Source: Candidatus Woesearchaeota archaeon
Lineage (GTDB): Archaea > Nanobdellota > Nanobdellia > Woesearchaeales > DSVV01
Direction of reading: 5' to 3'
Assembly (NCBI GenBank): GCA_018657385.1
Contig: JABHXF010000034.1
Span: 8,081 to 72,080 of the forward strand
DNA: 64,000 nucleotides
The notes beneath the pieces are model-generated. The model searched no databases. It saw nothing but the letters and a program-made list of their open reading frames with translations, and was not told where the DNA came from. Positions 37,996 to 52,562 of the stretch are shown piece by piece (position 1 is the stretch's first letter; the number at the start of each line of letters is the position of its first letter). Both the position numbers and the translations under genes were made by a program.

Positions 37996-40737
37996 ATGAT
38001 AATTAAAAAGAAAAAATATAAAAAAAACATATTTTCTTCTATTCTCAAAAAGATATTTAATAAGAAATCTTTAATTATATTAGGAATATTTTTACTAATT
38101 GCATGTTTCTTAGTTGGACTATTATCAGGTTTAGCAGTAAGTGGATTTTTTGGAAGCTTAGACAATCCATCTCAAAATGCAATTGGAATTATTGATGCAA
38201 TTGGAATTAAAACTATTGCAAGACCATTAATTCCAAAAATGCAAGATGTGATTTATACAATCAATGGAATTAAAGAAGAGAATATTAAGATCCCATTAAA
38301 CATTATCAAGGGATTCTTTTCCAAACCTGAGAAAATCTACATTGATATTGCTTTTGAGGATTATCAAAAAATAGCATACAAAAGAGAGAAAAGTTTAGCA
38401 TTGAGAGTTCATTTAACTGAAGATGATGATTATGTTCCAGGAACAATTAGATATAATGATGAAACATACAAAGTAAAACTAAGATTAAAAGGAGATTTAT
38501 TAGATCATTTAAGATCAGATAAATGGTCTTTTAGAATTAAAATAAGAAATAGCAAAACCTTATTTGGTATGGAAACGTTCTCTATTCAAACACCTAAAGC
38601 AAGAAATTGGCTAAATGAAATTGTTTATCAACATGTTTTGAAAAAAGAAGGTATAATTACACCAAGAACTAAATTTTTAGAAGTAGTAATAAATGGAAAA
38701 AATAAAGGCATATATGAGTTAGAAGAACATTTTGATAAAATCATGATTGAAAACAATTTGTTAAGAGAAGGACCAATAATTAAATTTAATGAAAATCTAA
38801 GATATATTAACAAAGTCTATTCTCCAAGTATTGGTTATAACAATAATGCAGGTGTTTATCTTTTTACAGATATAGATTCATTACAAACAAATAAAATAAT
38901 GAAAAATCCAGTATTATTTAATCAATTTGATGTTGGAAAAAATAGAATAGAATTATTTAGACAAGGAAAATTAAAAACTAGTCAAGTTTTTGATAGTGAA
39001 AAGTTAGCTAAATATTTTGCATTATCTGAGTTAACAGGGGCACAACATGGTTTATTCTTCCATAATCATAGGTTTTATTATAATCCTGTTACAACTAAGT
39101 TAGAACCAACTGGATTTGATGGTGATGCAGGAAAAGAAATTGTAGACCTCATATTTGTAGATGATCATTTATGGATAAGAGAATTATTTAAAGATGTTGA
39201 TTTTTTTGAAGCTTATATTAAAGAGCTTGAAAAGATATCTAATAAAGAATATGTTGATAATATATTTTCAGAATTAAAAGAAGAAAATAAAAGAAATATA
39301 AACATACTTCACAAAGATAATCCATTTTATCATTTCTCTAAAGATGTTTATTACAATAACATGGAAATAATTAACAAATATCTTAATCCAGGAAAAGCAT
39401 TGCAGGCTTATTTTTATCAGCAAAAAACTATTATAAAAGAAAGAACAGAAATTAAGGAAAGTGTTATTGTAAAAGTAAGTAATGTTCAATCAATGCCTTT
39501 AGTTATAGAAAATGTAATGCTTGAAGTAGAAAATCAGAAAATTGAATTACAAACTGAAGAAAAACAGATTCTTTTACCCTATTATCCTGAAGAATTCCCA
39601 GAATACAAAAAATTAGAATTTATTATACCTAAAGAATTTGAATGGAAAGATGAATATGCAAAAAATATGAGTATTAACTTTAAAATTTTAGGTACAGAAA
39701 AATTAAGAAGTGAAAAAATAATTCCTTGGTCTAATTTAGATGATAATTTTATAGAGGATGATATTATACTTAAAGAAAGTAATATTGAAGAATTTGAATT
39801 TATAGAGATTATAGAAAATGATGATGATAATAAAAAAATTCAAATTAAAAATGGAAAATGGGACATTAATAAGGACATAATTATCCCTAAAGGATACACA
39901 GTATTTTGTAATGAAGGAACTACAATTAACCTAATAAATAATGCAATTATGTTATCATACTCACCAATAATATTTATTGGATCAGAAGAAAAGCCAATAA
40001 AAATAATATCATCAGATAGTACTGGAGAAGGATTAGTTCTATTAAATACAAATAATGAAAAAAATATAAATGACAAAGAAAGCAAATCTGAGTTAAGACA
40101 TGTAATATTTGATAATTTAGGTACACCTTCAAAAAAAACATGGCAATTAACAGGTGCAGTTACATTTTATGAGTCTGATGTTGAAATTGAAAACTGTAAA
40201 TTTCTAAATGCAAGATCTGAAGATGGATTAAACATTATAAGATCAAAGTTTGAAATGAAAAATACAATAATTGAAAATACATTTTCAGATGCTTTTGATA
40301 TAGACTTTGGAGAGGGAATTTTAGATGGTATTTTCTTTATGAATTGTGGAAATGATTGTTTAGATACATCCGGAAGTAATATTGAAGGGAATAACATAAA
40401 TGTAGTAAATGTTGGAGATAAGGGAATTAGTATTGGAGAAAAAAGTAAAGCTGTTCTTACAAATGTAAATGTAAGAAATGCATTTATTGGTATAGCAAGT
40501 AAAGACCAATCTGAATTGATAATCAATAAGCTATCTGTTGCAGACTCAAAATATGGGATAGGAATATATCAGAAAAAAGCAGAGTATGGTTCAAGCAAAA
40601 TTAGAATTGAAAATTATGAATTGGAAAATAATAACCAAAGACACATAACTGAAGAAGGTTCTGTATTGATTTTAGATGATGAGATTATAAATGGTCAAGA
40701 AAAAAAGGTTTATGATATATTATATGGAGTTGAATGA
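37996..40737 (+). CDS. CotH-family kinase with C-terminal right-handed beta-helix, membrane anchored
   Basis: RLKGD..H, WSFRI, NGKNKGIYELEE, HN.RFYYNP..LEP.GFD; EDGLN/DAFDIDF/DCLDTSG/DKGISIGE repeats. Confidence 0.85.
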   Translation: MIIKKKKYKKNIFSSILKKIFNKKSLIILGIFLLIACFLVGLLSGLAVSGFFGSLDNPSQNAIGIIDAIGIKTIARPLIPKMQDVIYTINGIKEENIKIPLNIIKGFFSKPEKIYIDIAFEDYQKIAYKREKSLALRVHLTEDDDYVPGTIRYNDETYKVKLRLKGDLLDHLRSDKWSFRIKIRNSKTLFGMETFSIQTPKARNWLNEIVYQHVLKKEGIITPRTKFLEVVINGKNKGIYELEEHFDKIMIENNLLREGPIIKFNENLRYINKVYSPSIGYNNNAGVYLFTDIDSLQTNKIMKNPVLFNQFDVGKNRIELFRQGKLKTSQVFDSEKLAKYFALSELTGAQHGLFFHNHRFYYNPVTTKLEPTGFDGDAGKEIVDLIFVDDHLWIRELFKDVDFFEAYIKELEKISNKEYVDNIFSELKEENKRNINILHKDNPFYHFSKDVYYNNMEIINKYLNPGKALQAYFYQQKTIIKERTEIKESVIVKVSNVQSMPLVIENVMLEVENQKIELQTEEKQILLPYYPEEFPEYKKLEFIIPKEFEWKDEYAKNMSINFKILGTEKLRSEKIIPWSNLDDNFIEDDIILKESNIEEFEFIEIIENDDDNKKIQIKNGKWDINKDIIIPKGYTVFCNEGTTINLINNAIMLSYSPIIFIGSEEKPIKIISSDSTGEGLVLLNTNNEKNINDKESKSELRHVIFDNLGTPSKKTWQLTGAVTFYESDVEIENCKFLNARSEDGLNIIRSKFEMKNTIIENTFSDAFDIDFGEGILDGIFFMNCGNDCLDTSGSNIEGNNINVVNVGDKGISIGEKSKAVLTNVNVRNAFIGIASKDQSELIINKLSVADSKYGIGIYQKKAEYGSSKIRIENYELENNNQRHITEEGSVLILDDEIINGQEKKVYDILYGVE

Positions 40738-40768
40738 TTAGTAAAATCAATAAAAGAATTAAATTAAA

Positions 40769-41470
40769 ATGATACACAAATTCCTAAATCCTAAAAAATT
40801 CAGATATGAAAGAAAGTTTCTTGTAGAAGAACTTGGAAAGAAAGAAGCATTATTTGTTATTAAAGAAAATCCAGCAATGTTCTCAGAAATATTTCACGAG
40901 CGAAGAATAAACAATATTTATTTTGATTCAAGTAACATGGAAAGTTATCATGATAATGTAATGGGAAATAGTCAAAGAGTAAAAATAAGAATTAGATGGT
41001 ATAATGATTTATTTGGTCATATTAAAAAACCAGTTTTAGAAATCAAAATTAGAAATAATGAATTAGGCTCAAAACAATCATATCAATTAAAACCATTTAT
41101 TCTTGGAAACAATACATCAAAAGATTGGTTAATAAAAGAAGTTATTTGTAAGTCCAGTCTTCCAAGATGGTTAGTAGAACACATAAAATCTCTTAAATTT
41201 GCTTTGTTAAATAGTTATACAAGAAGATATTTTAGATCTGCTGATAAAAAATATAGAATAACAATAGATTATGATCTAAAATTTAATGAAATATTTCAGA
41301 ATAACAATAAATTTGTTAAAACAATCAACCATAAAGAGTATATAATATTAGAACTGAAATATGAAAGAGATGCCGATGAAGGTGCAGAGAATATTACTAA
41401 CAGTTTCCCATTTAGATTAACTAAGAGTTCAAAATTTGTATCAGGAATAGATTCTATTAGTGAAGCATAA
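40769..41470 (+). CDS. VTC-domain (polyphosphate polymerase-like, CYTH) protein
   Basis: RYERKF, NIYFD, RVKIRIRWY, LEIK, RITID, ILELKY, SKF. Confidence 0.88.
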   Translation: MIHKFLNPKKFRYERKFLVEELGKKEALFVIKENPAMFSEIFHERRINNIYFDSSNMESYHDNVMGNSQRVKIRIRWYNDLFGHIKKPVLEIKIRNNELGSKQSYQLKPFILGNNTSKDWLIKEVICKSSLPRWLVEHIKSLKFALLNSYTRRYFRSADKKYRITIDYDLKFNEIFQNNNKFVKTINHKEYIILELKYERDADEGAENITNSFPFRLTKSSKFVSGIDSISEA

Positions 41471-41538
41471 TTAAGTTAAATCCAACCAATAATATATGAA
41501 GATATATTAAAAAATATATATTAACATTTATCAAGAAA

Positions 41539-42327
41539 ATGAAATTAAAAATAAGCAAAAACATTTACCAGAGCATATACAAATATTTAGATTATATTAG
41601 ATATTATGGTATTTTTAATTCCATTACACGTCTACCAAATTATTTGTTAGAAAAAGCATGGAATGTTTTAATTGATTACCCGGCAAGTAAGCTAATAGGA
41701 TCAAAACAAACTAAGAAACTATATTTCAATTTATTTAAACTGAGATGTGAATATGGTCTTTTTTTAGGAAAAAAGAGATTATGGATTGGAAATTATACAA
41801 TGCAAAGGGTCTATAAAATAGTTTATGTTGATATTAAAAAAATAAAATATAGAACTGATCAAAAAGGATCACCATTTTTTATTGAATCTGGAAAATGGGA
41901 TAAAAATAAAAGAAAAATACCATTACATCCAACAATAAAACAATTATTTGTTGATCATTATGATTATAAAGAAACACAACAATATAAAAATATGAAAAAA
42001 GCAGTATTAAAGGGTGAATATAACAAAAGTTATTGGTGCAGAACATTAAAAGAAGTAGATAAATATTTTGAAATATTAATCTCAGCATATGATAGTATTA
42101 AGAAAAAAGGATATAAAACACAACTACAACTAAAAAAAATCAACAAAAAAGGAAAATATAATAGACTAGATGAGATTAGAGTTTCTATTGATAGAAATGG
42201 AAATTATCTTATGGAAAACTCAGGAAATCATAGATTAGGAATTGTAAAATTATTAAAGATTAAAAAAGTACAAGTAGTAATAATAAGAATCCATTATTTA
42301 TGGTGGAAGAAGATTAATAAGATTTAA
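41539..42327 (+). CDS. Hypothetical protein with ParB/sulfiredoxin-like C-terminal motif
   Basis: SIKKKGY...VSIDRNG...GNHRLGIVKLLKIKKVQV. Confidence 0.65.
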   Translation: MKLKISKNIYQSIYKYLDYIRYYGIFNSITRLPNYLLEKAWNVLIDYPASKLIGSKQTKKLYFNLFKLRCEYGLFLGKKRLWIGNYTMQRVYKIVYVDIKKIKYRTDQKGSPFFIESGKWDKNKRKIPLHPTIKQLFVDHYDYKETQQYKNMKKAVLKGEYNKSYWCRTLKEVDKYFEILISAYDSIKKKGYKTQLQLKKINKKGKYNRLDEIRVSIDRNGNYLMENSGNHRLGIVKLLKIKKVQVVIIRIHYLWWKKINKI

Positions 42328-42385
42328 AAAGATTAAATATGGGATTTAGAAATGATTACGTTTTCAACACAATTGGTTAAATAAA

Positions 42386-43798
42386 ATGGTTAAATATGGT
42401 GCAAGATTAAATAAAGATGATTTAAGATATTTAAAAAATCGTTTAGATGAATTAAACCAAGATATATTAACATACAAAAACATAAATTTGGTAGAAAAGT
42501 GTGAATTAGAGTTAATTTATAGTAATCAATCTAAATTTTTAATTTCTAGTGCATTTAATAAATTAAAACATATAAGAATGAGTTTAAGATCAATTATTTC
42601 AAAACCAAAAAAAGGTAATCAAAATAAAATTTTATTTTTATTGTACACTAACAGCCATATTAACAATAGCAGATCTATAATAAATGAGTTAGGTGAAAAA
42701 GCATTGGTTGTAAAAAAAGATGGATTTACTAATCATGTTGCAAAAAAACTTAAAAGAAATAATATAGAATTTAATGATATTGAAGGATATGATAAATCTA
42801 AAAAAAACATATCAACAGCTGAAAAATCATTAGACAAAGCATATAATGAATTAGTAAAAGAAGATAAGATTGAAAAACCAATGCTAAAATATATGTTTAA
42901 ATCCTATTTCCCTGAGGTGATTAAATATATTGAATTAATAAACAACATGTTAGAATTTGAAAAACCAAAATTATTAGTTGTAATGAATGAAATTACAACA
43001 TTAGGAAACATAGCTGTTTCTATTGCAAAAGAAAAAAAGATTCAAACATTATGTATCCAACATGGAGCAATAGCAAATAATCCAGGTAGTTTTGTACCTG
43101 TTTCTGTTGATAAAGTAGCAGTTTGGGGAGAATATTCAAAAAAAGTAATGATGGAACATAATACACCTGAAGAAAAAATAGTTATAACAGGTGCCCCACA
43201 ATTTGATATATTAAAAGATTATAATAAGGGAATAACACCTAAAATTGCAAAAGAAATTGGTTTAGATATAACAAAAAAATATGTTTTAATTACAACACAA
43301 AATTATCCATTTATGGAAGATGTACTAAGATCAGTATGTAATACTGTAAAATTAATTCCAGAATTACAATTAGTAATTAAAACACATCCATCTGAGTATT
43401 TTGCTGATAAATATGTCAAAATTGCTCAAAAATCAGGAATTAAAAGCATAGTTACAAGTAAATACCTGTATCCTTTATTAAAAAGCTGTAGTGCAATGAT
43501 AACTGTTTCTTCAACTACTGGTATGGAAGCATTGATGATGAAAAAGCCAGTAATTACTGTTAATTATACTGGATCTGAAGATCCTATGCCCTATGCAGAA
43601 AATGGGGCAGCAATTGGTGTATATAAAGAAGAAGAATTGTTACCAGCTATAAAAGCAGTAATAAATAATGATGATAATAATGATAAAATAAATGAAATAA
43701 TTAAGAAATCTAAAAATTTCCTATATGATAGATGCCATGTAATTGATGGAAATGCATCTCAAAGAATTGTTGAATTAATCCACAAAATAAGTAATTAA
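42386..43798 (+). CDS. GT-B glycosyltransferase, candidate nonulosonate transferase
   Basis: IQHG, VWGE, TGAPQFD, KTHPSE (HP motif), STTGMEAL..KPVI, DGNASQRI. Confidence 0.7.
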   Translation: MVKYGARLNKDDLRYLKNRLDELNQDILTYKNINLVEKCELELIYSNQSKFLISSAFNKLKHIRMSLRSIISKPKKGNQNKILFLLYTNSHINNSRSIINELGEKALVVKKDGFTNHVAKKLKRNNIEFNDIEGYDKSKKNISTAEKSLDKAYNELVKEDKIEKPMLKYMFKSYFPEVIKYIELINNMLEFEKPKLLVVMNEITTLGNIAVSIAKEKKIQTLCIQHGAIANNPGSFVPVSVDKVAVWGEYSKKVMMEHNTPEEKIVITGAPQFDILKDYNKGITPKIAKEIGLDITKKYVLITTQNYPFMEDVLRSVCNTVKLIPELQLVIKTHPSEYFADKYVKIAQKSGIKSIVTSKYLYPLLKSCSAMITVSSTTGMEALMMKKPVITVNYTGSEDPMPYAENGAAIGVYKEEELLPAIKAVINNDDNNDKINEIIKKSKNFLYDRCHVIDGNASQRIVELIHKISN

Positions 43799-43808
43799 TC
43801 TAATAATC

Positions 43809-44022
43809 AAAATTTGCCAATTTTAAATTGTCTCGCCAACTATCCCTATGCTGAAGCATGGAGCATAACCTGAGCATAGCTCAGCTGTGCACAAAATACT
43901 ACGCATTTTGTTGTATTAGGGGTTCGTAAATTGATTGGCAAATTTTCATTCTTTCAAATTAAAGCGAACTGTATCCTACATCCACAACTTGAAATATGTG
44001 GTCTTAGGACTTTAATTTGAAA
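43809..44022. repeat. Two adjacent long intergenic hairpins
   Basis: AAAATTTGCCAAT/ATTGGCAAATTTT enclosing sub-hairpins; TTTCAAATTAAAG/CTTTAATTTGAAA enclosing CCACA/TGTGG. Confidence 0.5.
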
Positions 44023-44097
44023 TAACCTAAAAAATCTATTTCTTTATAAATAAACTCTTAAATTTTAAGACAAAATGACAAAAAAAGATTAGTTTTT

Positions 44098-44112
44098 CGC
44101 AAACTTTATAAA
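44098..44112 (+). promoter_or_regulatory. BRE/TATA promoter of the Lrp gene (probably leaderless)
   Basis: CGCAAACTTTATAAA about 25-30 nt upstream of ATG 44135; no RBS. Confidence 0.5.
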
Positions 44113-44134
44113 AAGTTTAGGGATATTAAAAACA

Positions 44135-44617
44135 ATGAAAAAACCAAAAAAATTAGATGATAAAAATTGTGCAATATTAAGATTATTGCAAGAAAACTGC
44201 AGAATGTCACTTACAGAAATTTCTAGAAACGTTGGATTATCTGTTGATTCTGTTAAAAAGAGAATTAATAAGATGATAAATGAAAATGTCTTCTTTCCTA
44301 AAATCCAGTTAAGACCTAGGAACTTTGGCTATAATAATGTAGTAGATATTAAAATAAAGATTCAGAATTATAATGAAGAAGAAATAAATGAATTTATTAC
44401 ATACCTAAAAGAACATCCAAGAGTTGTTGAATTATTCTCTATTGCTGGTGATTGGAACTTCTCAATTGTAATAATTGCAAAAGATGCACTTGAACAAGGA
44501 AGATTAACTGAAGAGATTAGAAATAGATTTAGTAAAATTATTGCTGGTTGGTCAGAATCATTAACTACTAAGGCATATAAATTTGAAGAATATGATATGA
44601 CTAAATTAATGGAATAG
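44135..44617 (+). CDS. Lrp/AsnC family transcriptional regulator
   Basis: LD..ILRLLQENCRMSLTEIS..VGLS...KRINKM HTH; RAM domain with AGDWNF. Confidence 0.92.
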   Translation: MKKPKKLDDKNCAILRLLQENCRMSLTEISRNVGLSVDSVKKRINKMINENVFFPKIQLRPRNFGYNNVVDIKIKIQNYNEEEINEFITYLKEHPRVVELFSIAGDWNFSIVIIAKDALEQGRLTEEIRNRFSKIIAGWSESLTTKAYKFEEYDMTKLME

Positions 44618-44701
44618 TAGAATATAATATGTTTAGAAAATATTTAGTATTTAGTGTAATATGAGATGGAGATTAAATTAACAAAGCATTAAGGTGATAA
44701 A

Positions 44702-47401
<2,700 letters not shown>

Positions 47402-47460
47402 TTTGAAATTTAAAAAATTATTGAAAAAGAATAATAATAACAATAATAAACATACAAAAA

Positions 47461-49551
<2,091 letters not shown>

Positions 49552-49601
49552 TTATAGGTAAATCATGCATGTATATTAATTATAATAACAAAAAAACAAA
49601 A

Positions 49602-51101
49602 ATGAAACAAGAACAAAGAAACAGATTATTAGAAGAAAGAAATAATTTAGATACTGATTTTGTTAGTGAAAAGAGTAAAATAATCAACATTAAAATTCTT
49701 GAGTTGAATGAGTTAAATAATGCCAGAAATATTGGAATATATTATCCTAAAGATTGTGAAGTTGATACTAAAGAATTAATTAAAAAGTTAATTGAAAATG
49801 GAAAAAATGTGTTTTTGCCAAAAGTTATAAAAAATAATGATAAAGACATAGATAATGATGAAATGGAATTCAAAGAAATAAAAAACTTTGAAGAACTTGT
49901 TTATGGAGAGTATGGTATAAAAGAACCTAGTGAAAATTCGAGAAAAATAAATGCTGAAGAAATAGATGTATTAATTATGCCTTGTGTTGGAGTTGACACA
50001 AAAGGCAATAGAATTGGTAGAGGAAAAGGGTATTATGACAAATATCTTGAAAGTGTAAGCAAAGCAAAGAAGATTTGTGTTGCATATGATTTTCAAATTA
50101 TAGATAATGAAATAGAAAAAGAAGCACATGATAAAAAAGTAGATATAATAATTACAGAAAGTAAAATAATTACAACTGATGAAATAATTAATTCAAACGC
50201 ATTTAAATTATTAGATGGAAAAAAGTTAGCAGATCAAATTAATGAAAAAGTTAAGCAAGAAATTAATTCATATTCTAATAAAGAATTAATAAAAGTTCCT
50301 AAGCTAGTTGCTATAATTGTAGGAGAAGATCCTGCATCAAAATTATATGTTAGAATAAAAGGAGAAAAATGTAAAGAAGTTGGAATTAATTTTGAAAAAT
50401 TGAGTTATTCTGAAGAGATGGATGAAAATGAATTAATAAATGAAATAGAAAAACTAAACAATGAAAAAGAAGTAACTGGAATAATGATACAATTGCCTTT
50501 ACCAAAACATCTAGACAAAGAAAAAATAATTAATAAAATTAGTGTTAAAAAAGATATTGATGGCCTTACTCAAGAAAACAGAATATTACTTTCTCAAGGA
50601 GATGAAAGCTTAGCATGCTGTGCCCCAAAAGGGATTATGAGGTTATTAGATGAAAATAATATTGAGCTTAAAGGAAAAAATATAGTTGTTCTAGGAAAAG
50701 GATATCTAGTTGGTTATCCATTTATATTAATGTTAAAAAATAGAAATCTTGATTTTACAGTATGTGATTGTAATACGCAAAACATACAAGAATTTACTAG
50801 AAAGGCAGATATATTAATAACAGCAACAGGAAATGCTCACTTAATTAAATCAAATGACATAAAAGAAGGTGTAGTGATTATTGATGCAGGATGTGCAAAA
50901 GTAGGAGGATGTGTTGTTGGAGATGTAGATTTTGAAGATGTGAAAAATAAATCATCTTACATAACACCTATAATTGGTGGTGTTGGACCTGTAACAGTTG
51001 CTATATTGATGGAAAACATATTAACTGCACATAAAAATTCATTCATAAGAGAAACAAAAGAAATCAATGAAACAAATCAGAGGAATGAAGAAGATGACTA
51101 A
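49602..51101 (+). CDS. folD: Fusion: 5-formyl-THF cyclo-ligase (YgfA) + FolD
   Basis: EVDT, GI.EP, GNRIGRGKGYYD, HD..VD; LDGKKLA, ASKLYVRIK, IQLPLP, DIDGL, VGDV, GGVGPVT. ATG 49602 preferred over TTG 49548. Confidence 0.92.
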   Translation: MKQEQRNRLLEERNNLDTDFVSEKSKIINIKILELNELNNARNIGIYYPKDCEVDTKELIKKLIENGKNVFLPKVIKNNDKDIDNDEMEFKEIKNFEELVYGEYGIKEPSENSRKINAEEIDVLIMPCVGVDTKGNRIGRGKGYYDKYLESVSKAKKICVAYDFQIIDNEIEKEAHDKKVDIIITESKIITTDEIINSNAFKLLDGKKLADQINEKVKQEINSYSNKELIKVPKLVAIIVGEDPASKLYVRIKGEKCKEVGINFEKLSYSEEMDENELINEIEKLNNEKEVTGIMIQLPLPKHLDKEKIINKISVKKDIDGLTQENRILLSQGDESLACCAPKGIMRLLDENNIELKGKNIVVLGKGYLVGYPFILMLKNRNLDFTVCDCNTQNIQEFTRKADILITATGNAHLIKSNDIKEGVVIIDAGCAKVGGCVVGDVDFEDVKNKSSYITPIIGGVGPVTVAILMENILTAHKNSFIRETKEINETNQRNEEDD

Positions 51102-51801
51102 AAAGATAGTAATTTATGGATCTGGTGGATCAGGAAGAGAAGTTAAGATGTTTATTGATCAAATTAATGAACATTATAATAATGAAGATTACAAAAACAA
51201 TCAAAATAATGAAAATAAGAAGGTTTTTGAGATAATTGGATTTATTGATGATAATCCTGAAAAGAAAGGTACAATTGTAGTAGATAATCTAAAAATCATA
51301 GGAGATTTTAATTATTTATTAAATTATAATGATCAATTAAATGTAGTTATTGCAATAGGAGAGATGACAATTAGAAAAAGCATATTTGATAAGATAAAAC
51401 AAAATACAAAACTAAAGTTTCCAAATATAATTCATCCTAGTGTAATATATGAGAAAAAAACAAGCAACATAGGAAAAGGTAATATTATTTCATCTGGAGC
51501 TGTAATTAGCACTAATTTTTCATGTGGAGATTTTAATCATATTCATTTGAATGCAGCAATAGGACATGATTTTAGATGTGGAGACTATTGCAATTTGTTT
51601 CCTGGTATTAATATTGCTGGAATGGTTAAGATGCATGATTTTTGTGAAATTGGGTTAGGATCAAGCATTAGACAATGTATTGAAATTCCAACAAATGTCA
51701 GAGTTGCTGGCTGTTCATTCATAATGAGAAACCCAGAACCAAATTATAGTTATATTGGAGTACCAATTAGAAAATTTTTCAAACTTAAAGAAATCAAATA
51801 A
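51094..51801 (+). CDS. NeuD/PglD-family sugar N/O-acyltransferase (hexapeptide repeat)
   Basis: IYGSGGSGRE, GFIDD, AIG, NIIHPS, IGHD, GVP; ATG 51094 preferred over 51067. Confidence 0.88.
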   Translation: MTKKIVIYGSGGSGREVKMFIDQINEHYNNEDYKNNQNNENKKVFEIIGFIDDNPEKKGTIVVDNLKIIGDFNYLLNYNDQLNVVIAIGEMTIRKSIFDKIKQNTKLKFPNIIHPSVIYEKKTSNIGKGNIISSGAVISTNFSCGDFNHIHLNAAIGHDFRCGDYCNLFPGINIAGMVKMHDFCEIGLGSSIRQCIEIPTNVRVAGCSFIMRNPEPNYSYIGVPIRKFFKLKEIK

Positions 51802-51880
51802 TAATAATAATAATAATAATTTAAAAAAATTAAAAAAACAAGATGAATTAATAATATAATAACACAAATGAGGCAAAAAT

Positions 51881-52231
51881 ATGAACCTAGAAATTGGAAC
51901 TGATATAGAAGAAATAACAAGATTCAGAGAAAAGCCTTATGATAAGAATAAAGGATTTTATGAAAAAGTATTCACTGAAAATGAAATTTTATATTGTATG
52001 GAAAAAGCAGACCCATATCAACATTTTGCAGTGAGGTTTTGTGCTAAAGAAGCTGTAATAAAAGCATTACAAAATAAAAAGGTTTCATTTAATGAAATTG
52101 AAGTTATTAATGAAGATAATATTCCTAAAATTAAAATTAATTTAGAGAATTTTAATGAGATGGATATTAAAGTATCATTATCACATACAAAAAATTATGC
52201 TGTTGCATATGTTATTGTAGTTAAAAATTAA
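51881..52231 (+). CDS. acpS: Holo-ACP synthase (4'-phosphopantetheinyl transferase)
   Basis: IGTDIEEITRF, VFTENE, AVRFCAKEAVIKAL, VSLSHT. Confidence 0.93.
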   Translation: MNLEIGTDIEEITRFREKPYDKNKGFYEKVFTENEILYCMEKADPYQHFAVRFCAKEAVIKALQNKKVSFNEIEVINEDNIPKIKINLENFNEMDIKVSLSHTKNYAVAYVIVVKN

Positions 52232-52246
52232 GAATAAGGTGAAAAA

Positions 52247-52498
52247 ATGAATGAAGAAGAAGTAAAAAACGAAATAACAAACATATTCAAAGAAACATTT
52301 CCAGAACTAAAAGAAAAAGAGCTTGAATTAGATAAACATCAGAATGATTTTGAAAACTGGGATTCATTTGCACATATGGAAATTGTTGGAAAAGTTGAAG
52401 AAAAATTTAAAGTTAGCTTAGAGATGGATGAAGTAATTAGCTTAGAAACACCACGAAAATTTATTGAAATTATTGTTAAGAAGACTAGTGGAAGTTAA
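52247..52498 (+). CDS. Acyl carrier protein
   Basis: 83 aa acidic protein; WDSFAHM phosphopantetheine-Ser motif, EEKF. Confidence 0.88.
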   Translation: MNEEEVKNEITNIFKETFPELKEKELELDKHQNDFENWDSFAHMEIVGKVEEKFKVSLEMDEVISLETPRKFIEIIVKKTSGS

Positions 52499-52562
52499 TG
52501 ATTAGACAAAAGACCAGTAAAAATTAAAATTTATAATAAAACAAGCAGAGGAGGAAATAAAG

